From NCBI GenBank assembly GCA_019057865.1, contig JAHLWP010000031.1:1-54186 (forward strand): a stretch of 54,186 bases of DNA. The letters are read 5' to 3'. This stretch comes from Promethearchaeota archaeon. GTDB taxonomy: Archaea > Asgardarchaeota > Lokiarchaeia > Sigyniarchaeales > SOKP01. This document shows positions 50,318 to 54,186 of this stretch, piece after piece. The notes beneath the pieces are model-generated. The model did not search any database. It worked only from the letters and a program-made list of their open reading frames with translations, and was not told the origin of the DNA. The translations under genes were made by a program, and so were the position numbers. Numbering within the stretch: position 1 is the first letter of the stretch; each line of letters starts with the position of its first letter.

Positions 50318-51112
50318 CTAATAATACTTTATTTTAATTTTATCATTTTGTATTATCTCATTGAATATCTTTATTATTTCTCTTTTTCTCTCATCATCTA
50401 TTGCAAAAACAAAATATTCTGCTGGAATTCTTGCAGTAGAATAGATTTGTACTAAATCTGGTTTAATTCTTTTGATTGCATAGGCTAATTTCTTAATATT
50501 CTCTACATTATTGTTTGATATAAATTCTTCTCTATATGAATTATAAAATAAACATTGAATTGCTAGTTTATGTTCATTTGGTATTTCTTTTTTCAATTTT
50601 ACAATAGAATCTATGATTGCTTCAATTTTAGGTGTTTCAGGATGGGGGCGATTACTTAGTGCGAAATCCACTTTAGTTGCAACATCTAACTTAGCTAAAA
50701 CTAATTCGAATTGCTTTACTCTTTCCCGAATCTCATTAAAAATCAAGGTACTAGAATTAGTAAATAACGTTAATTTAGGTTTTTCATATGTCCAATTTAA
50801 TTCCTCTCTCACTTCTAAAGCTATTTTTAAGAAATCCAATATGTTTTCATTCAGAGTCGGTTCACCATTGTAACCAAATGAAATATGCTCTAAATTAGGG
50901 AAAAATTTTAAAATATTTTTAAGTTCTTTTCTAAATTCATGAGAAGGAGGTGCTGAAAACCTATATTCTGGTGATACTATCTTGTCAGTTATTCCAATCT
51001 CGCAATATACACAATTGAATGTACAAATCTTATGTTTTTGTAATATATCCACGCCTAAAGAAAGCCCTAAACGTCTTGACTGAAAAGGTCCATAGGTGTA
51101 TCTTCGTGTCAT
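50318..51112 (-). CDS. Radical SAM protein
   Basis: YGPFQSRRLGLSLG, CTFNCVYC and GEPTL. Confidence 0.92.
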   Translation of the reverse strand: MTRRYTYGPFQSRRLGLSLGVDILQKHKICTFNCVYCEIGITDKIVSPEYRFSAPPSHEFRKELKNILKFFPNLEHISFGYNGEPTLNENILDFLKIALEVREELNWTYEKPKLTLFTNSSTLIFNEIRERVKQFELVLAKLDVATKVDFALSNRPHPETPKIEAIIDSIVKLKKEIPNEHKLAIQCLFYNSYREEFISNNNVENIKKLAYAIKRIKPDLVQIYSTARIPAEYFVFAIDDERKREIIKIFNEIIQNDKIKIKYY

Positions 51113-51194
51113 AATTTTTTTTCTTAAAATTAATATATAAGAGTATGATATTTATTAAAATTAAATAATAAAAAAATTATTTATTATTGATCTC

Positions 51195-53678
51195 CTAAAA
51201 ATCTTGCGTATATGCAAGTTCGAAATCTTCCAAAGTTGAAACCTGGGAATGTCTTTCTAAAAGTAAGTAAACCATTTCAGTATTTAAACCAAAAAATAAA
51301 CGCTTAGATATGTTATTATGGTGAATTGAACTACTTTTACTATAACCAATCGTTAAATATGTTTCTACTGGATCTGCTCCGCGCTTAAATGCATTAATGA
51401 GGAAAGGTATCTTTACTTCTTTAAACGCATTTTCCCAAGAAGAATAATGTTTCTCAACTTCTTCTCGAAAATTAAAGATTGCATTCCCTCTAGAATTAAG
51501 TTCTTGTTGTGCTTTATCAACATTGATAAATTTGAAGATTAACTTATTTAGGATGCTAATTGGAAGCTCTTCAACTATTTTTTCTTTTTTGGATAAAACT
51601 TTTTCTTCAAAATCATTATATGTTTTGATTGATCCATTATTTCTTAAAAATTGGCGTATTTGTTCTGATCTCATACCAAAAAATAACGTTTGACTAATTC
51701 TATTATGATCATGAGCATAAAATTTACTCCAACCATAATTCGAATAAATTTCCTCAAAAGATTGTTCACCCCTGAAATCTTGGATTATAAAAGGCACAAC
51801 ACTATTTTTTCGAGCTTCCTTCCAACTTGGATATCCTAATTGATTATGTATTTGTCTTATAAATCCATACCTATAATAAGAAGTTTCATATTCTTGCAAA
51901 TACTCTTGAATTCTTGAATCTTTAATTGCTTTATTCAATATAGCATAATCTATTAATAATTTTTTTAAAAGGTTTACTGGAATCCGTAATTTTGCTTTTC
52001 CTTCCCAACCATCTAGTTGATTAATAACCGGTAAATTCATTAAGTTTTCTTTGGCAACAATCTTTTTAAGTTCTAAATAAGACTTACCCTCAAACATAGT
52101 TTCAATATAATCAAGTGTAAACCTATCATATGCATCATTTATTTCATGCAATTCAAATTGGGCTTTTAAAAGCATATAAAACATTGGTTTTAAAAATTTT
52201 ATTTGAGCTTCTTCAAAAGATCCCCAATATTCACGGATTCTCCTCCTAATAGTATTTACACTGCATCTAATCCCATGAGCATTAATTATCTTATGGATTT
52301 CAGTCTCCATATAACCCAGTGCGATATAATAAGCGATTGATATCATTGGTAAATCAATTTTATCTCTCCCTCCGTCTCCTCCATGTCTTATATTTAACCC
52401 AGAATTAATTAAATCATGTTTTTCAATGTATTCAACCTCACCAGATCTTAATGAATTAGCCGAAAAGTGGATTTCTACAGTAGTCCTTTTAAATCTAGAT
52501 TCTAATAAACCAAAAATTAATCTCCAGTTATATTTCCCATCTATTGTCTTTAGTCTCTCAAAACCAACTTGATTTAAGAAATCATATATTAATCTATGAA
52601 GCTTACCTCCTTTACCCTTCTTAAAAACAGCTTTGAAAACATATTTACTCCACCTACTGCTCAAAGAACTTGTAGTATAGCCCGCTATAGTTTCTCGTTT
52701 GATATCTCCAGGTGTTATCTCAGATATTTCATATAATAAACCGTACCAGAGGTATTTTTTTCTATTTCTAACGATTTCCTCGAACTGTTTAGGATCTTTG
52801 AAATCTTTTCTTTTAATGATAATATCTTCATCAAATAGCAACTGTTTAGACTTAAATCCTAACATCTTACGAGATTCTAAAACCTCTTCACGATAAAATT
52901 CTGAAATAATTTTAGCATATCCTTCAAGATTTATTCTCCTGTCCTTCTTTAGAATTTGATTAGTTTCTACTATAGTTTCTTTAGTCCGATAATCTGATCC
53001 TTTCAAGATCAAAAGCCATTGTCCAAATTCATCAAGTGTTTTTAATTTTTGTTTAAAGATTTCATACTTTTTAGATAGATGATTAAGAAATTTACTTTTT
53101 ATTTCTCTAATAAGCCACGGATTCCACCAATGCTGTTCTTGAAAATAAGCTTTGAATCCACTTAAATTGTAATATAACTGTAGGTGAATAGGATATTTAT
53201 TTAGAAATTTATTTATAATGAAGTCTAATTTTTCTCTTTCCTTTTCGGTTAATTTTGCATTCTTATACTTTCTTAATAATTCTTCAAATTCTTCATATTT
53301 AGAGAAATCTTGAAGTATCTCTTTCAATATTTTTTTAAGCTCAGTATTGATTTCCGCTTCTCTTGATTCTTCAATCCACTTTTTGAGTTTTTTCTTCCAT
53401 TCTTTCTCTTCTCCTTCTTTCTCTTCCACTTCTTTGGTCTTTAAATCTTGTTCTTCTAACCATTGTTTAAATCCTTTGGTTTCTATTTTAGCATAAATAG
53501 GATTTCTTCCAGTCTCTTGGTGATATAATCGCTTGAGCTTTTCATATTCATCTTCTTCTAATTCTTCACCCTCAGATTCCTTAAAAGATTCCTTGATGCT
53601 TTCCTGGGGGGAAACACTTTTTACATTATCCTCTAAATCTGAATCACTCTCTTCTAATACTTCTTCTTCTGCTTCCAA
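51195..53678 (-). CDS. Large protein with a divergent GIY-YIG-like nuclease domain and repeated helical modules
   Basis: YGLLYEI...IAGYTTSSLSSRW...LHRLI...EVEYIEKH...GLNIRHGGDGG. The frame is open upstream to 53780. Confidence 0.6.
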   Translation of the reverse strand: MEAEEEVLEESDSDLEDNVKSVSPQESIKESFKESEGEELEEDEYEKLKRLYHQETGRNPIYAKIETKGFKQWLEEQDLKTKEVEEKEGEEKEWKKKLKKWIEESREAEINTELKKILKEILQDFSKYEEFEELLRKYKNAKLTEKEREKLDFIINKFLNKYPIHLQLYYNLSGFKAYFQEQHWWNPWLIREIKSKFLNHLSKKYEIFKQKLKTLDEFGQWLLILKGSDYRTKETIVETNQILKKDRRINLEGYAKIISEFYREEVLESRKMLGFKSKQLLFDEDIIIKRKDFKDPKQFEEIVRNRKKYLWYGLLYEISEITPGDIKRETIAGYTTSSLSSRWSKYVFKAVFKKGKGGKLHRLIYDFLNQVGFERLKTIDGKYNWRLIFGLLESRFKRTTVEIHFSANSLRSGEVEYIEKHDLINSGLNIRHGGDGGRDKIDLPMISIAYYIALGYMETEIHKIINAHGIRCSVNTIRRRIREYWGSFEEAQIKFLKPMFYMLLKAQFELHEINDAYDRFTLDYIETMFEGKSYLELKKIVAKENLMNLPVINQLDGWEGKAKLRIPVNLLKKLLIDYAILNKAIKDSRIQEYLQEYETSYYRYGFIRQIHNQLGYPSWKEARKNSVVPFIIQDFRGEQSFEEIYSNYGWSKFYAHDHNRISQTLFFGMRSEQIRQFLRNNGSIKTYNDFEEKVLSKKEKIVEELPISILNKLIFKFINVDKAQQELNSRGNAIFNFREEVEKHYSSWENAFKEVKIPFLINAFKRGADPVETYLTIGYSKSSSIHHNNISKRLFFGLNTEMVYLLLERHSQVSTLEDFELAYTQDF

Positions 53679-53740
53679 ATTAACTTCTATGGGTCTCTCA
53701 TCATAATGAGTAATAGTCTGCTCAACTTTTTTTTTTTTTT

Positions 53741-54186
53741 CTATTTCAAAATTTGTTTCATCAATTTCCTTTGGTACTTCTTAATTTCTTTAATTATCTC
53801 CTTTTCTTGCTCTATTTGCGGGTTCTTTTCTTGTTCTTTTTGATAATAATCATTCGCAATTTTTTCCATTTGTTCATCTATTTCTTCTTGACTTCTCTCT
53901 TGTTGATATAATTCTACTTCAGTCTCTATAAAAAATTCTATAACATCTCTTTGGTCAATCTCTTCTCGCTCATCCTCAAGATCCTCCTCATCTTCATGAT
54001 CTACTAATTTCAATTTATCTTTTTCTTGTTGTTCATAAACTTTTTCAGCTTCTTTTAACATTTTATTAGTTTCTTCTGCCTCCTGCATTAATTTACTGAT
54101 TTCTTCAGAACTCTTACCTTCTTGTTCATAATGTTCATATTTTTCCCAAAGATAATCAAACTCTTCTGGCTCTATCTCTGCTTCTT
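53741..54186 (-). CDS. Acidic coiled-coil ORF (5' end off the window); probably the frameshifted N-terminal part of the 827-aa gene
   Basis: Frame is open to the window edge and overlaps the downstream open frame at 53741-53780. Confidence 0.55.
   Translation of the reverse strand, partial: EAEIEPEEFDYLWEKYEHYEQEGKSSEEISKLMQEAEETNKMLKEAEKVYEQQEKDKLKLVDHEDEEDLEDEREEIDQRDVIEFFIETEVELYQQERSQEEIDEQMEKIANDYYQKEQEKNPQIEQEKEIIKEIKKYQRKLMKQILK

Noticed and set aside
686-52896. Short antisense or nested ORFs in the track (e.g. 686..925, 1867..2169, 8012..8281, 12087..12275, 16718..16912, 22484..22765, 24555..24973, 27162..27526, 28561..28857, 36235..36528, 43464..43784, 52699..52896)
   Set aside because: These are shadows of well-supported genes, with no motifs of their own.
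1-54186. CRISPR arrays, tRNA genes, IS elements/integrases, selenoprotein UGA read-through
   Set aside because: By eye I found no regular repeat-spacer pattern, cloverleaf, transposase or recombinase motif, or conserved in-frame UGA. A computational scan was not possible.

Overview
AT-rich archaeal chromosome segment, most likely an Asgard archaeon of the Lokiarchaeia type. The taxonomic evidence is four Rab-like small GTPases, a longin/roadblock protein, eL22, Spt5, aIF-1A, aIF-2 gamma, TFS, form III RuBisCO with ribose-1,5-bisphosphate isomerase, and a four-paralog acyl-CoA dehydrogenase expansion. Most of the window is housekeeping or metabolic. Three observations stand out, none annotated by the ORF track. 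(1) The 5S rRNA gene (minus strand, 32278-32428) is circularly permuted. Its native ends are joined by a UUCG tetraloop, and it carries two nested bulge-helix-bulge (BHB) motifs. Standard archaeal splicing-endonuclease cut rules applied to these motifs would remove a 30-nt loop C intron and circularise the RNA into a canonical-looking 121-nt 5S. (2) The essential aIF-2 gamma gene is interrupted inside its P-loop (GHVDHG/KTT) by a 29-nt frameshifting insert whose ends coincide with BHB cut positions, making it a candidate tRNA-type mRNA intron. (3) One Rab-like GTPase is circularly permuted at the protein level (G3-G4-G5-G1-G2) and has a C-terminal membrane anchor. All structures were derived by hand from the sequence. 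No database search or folding computation was run, so novelty is unverified.
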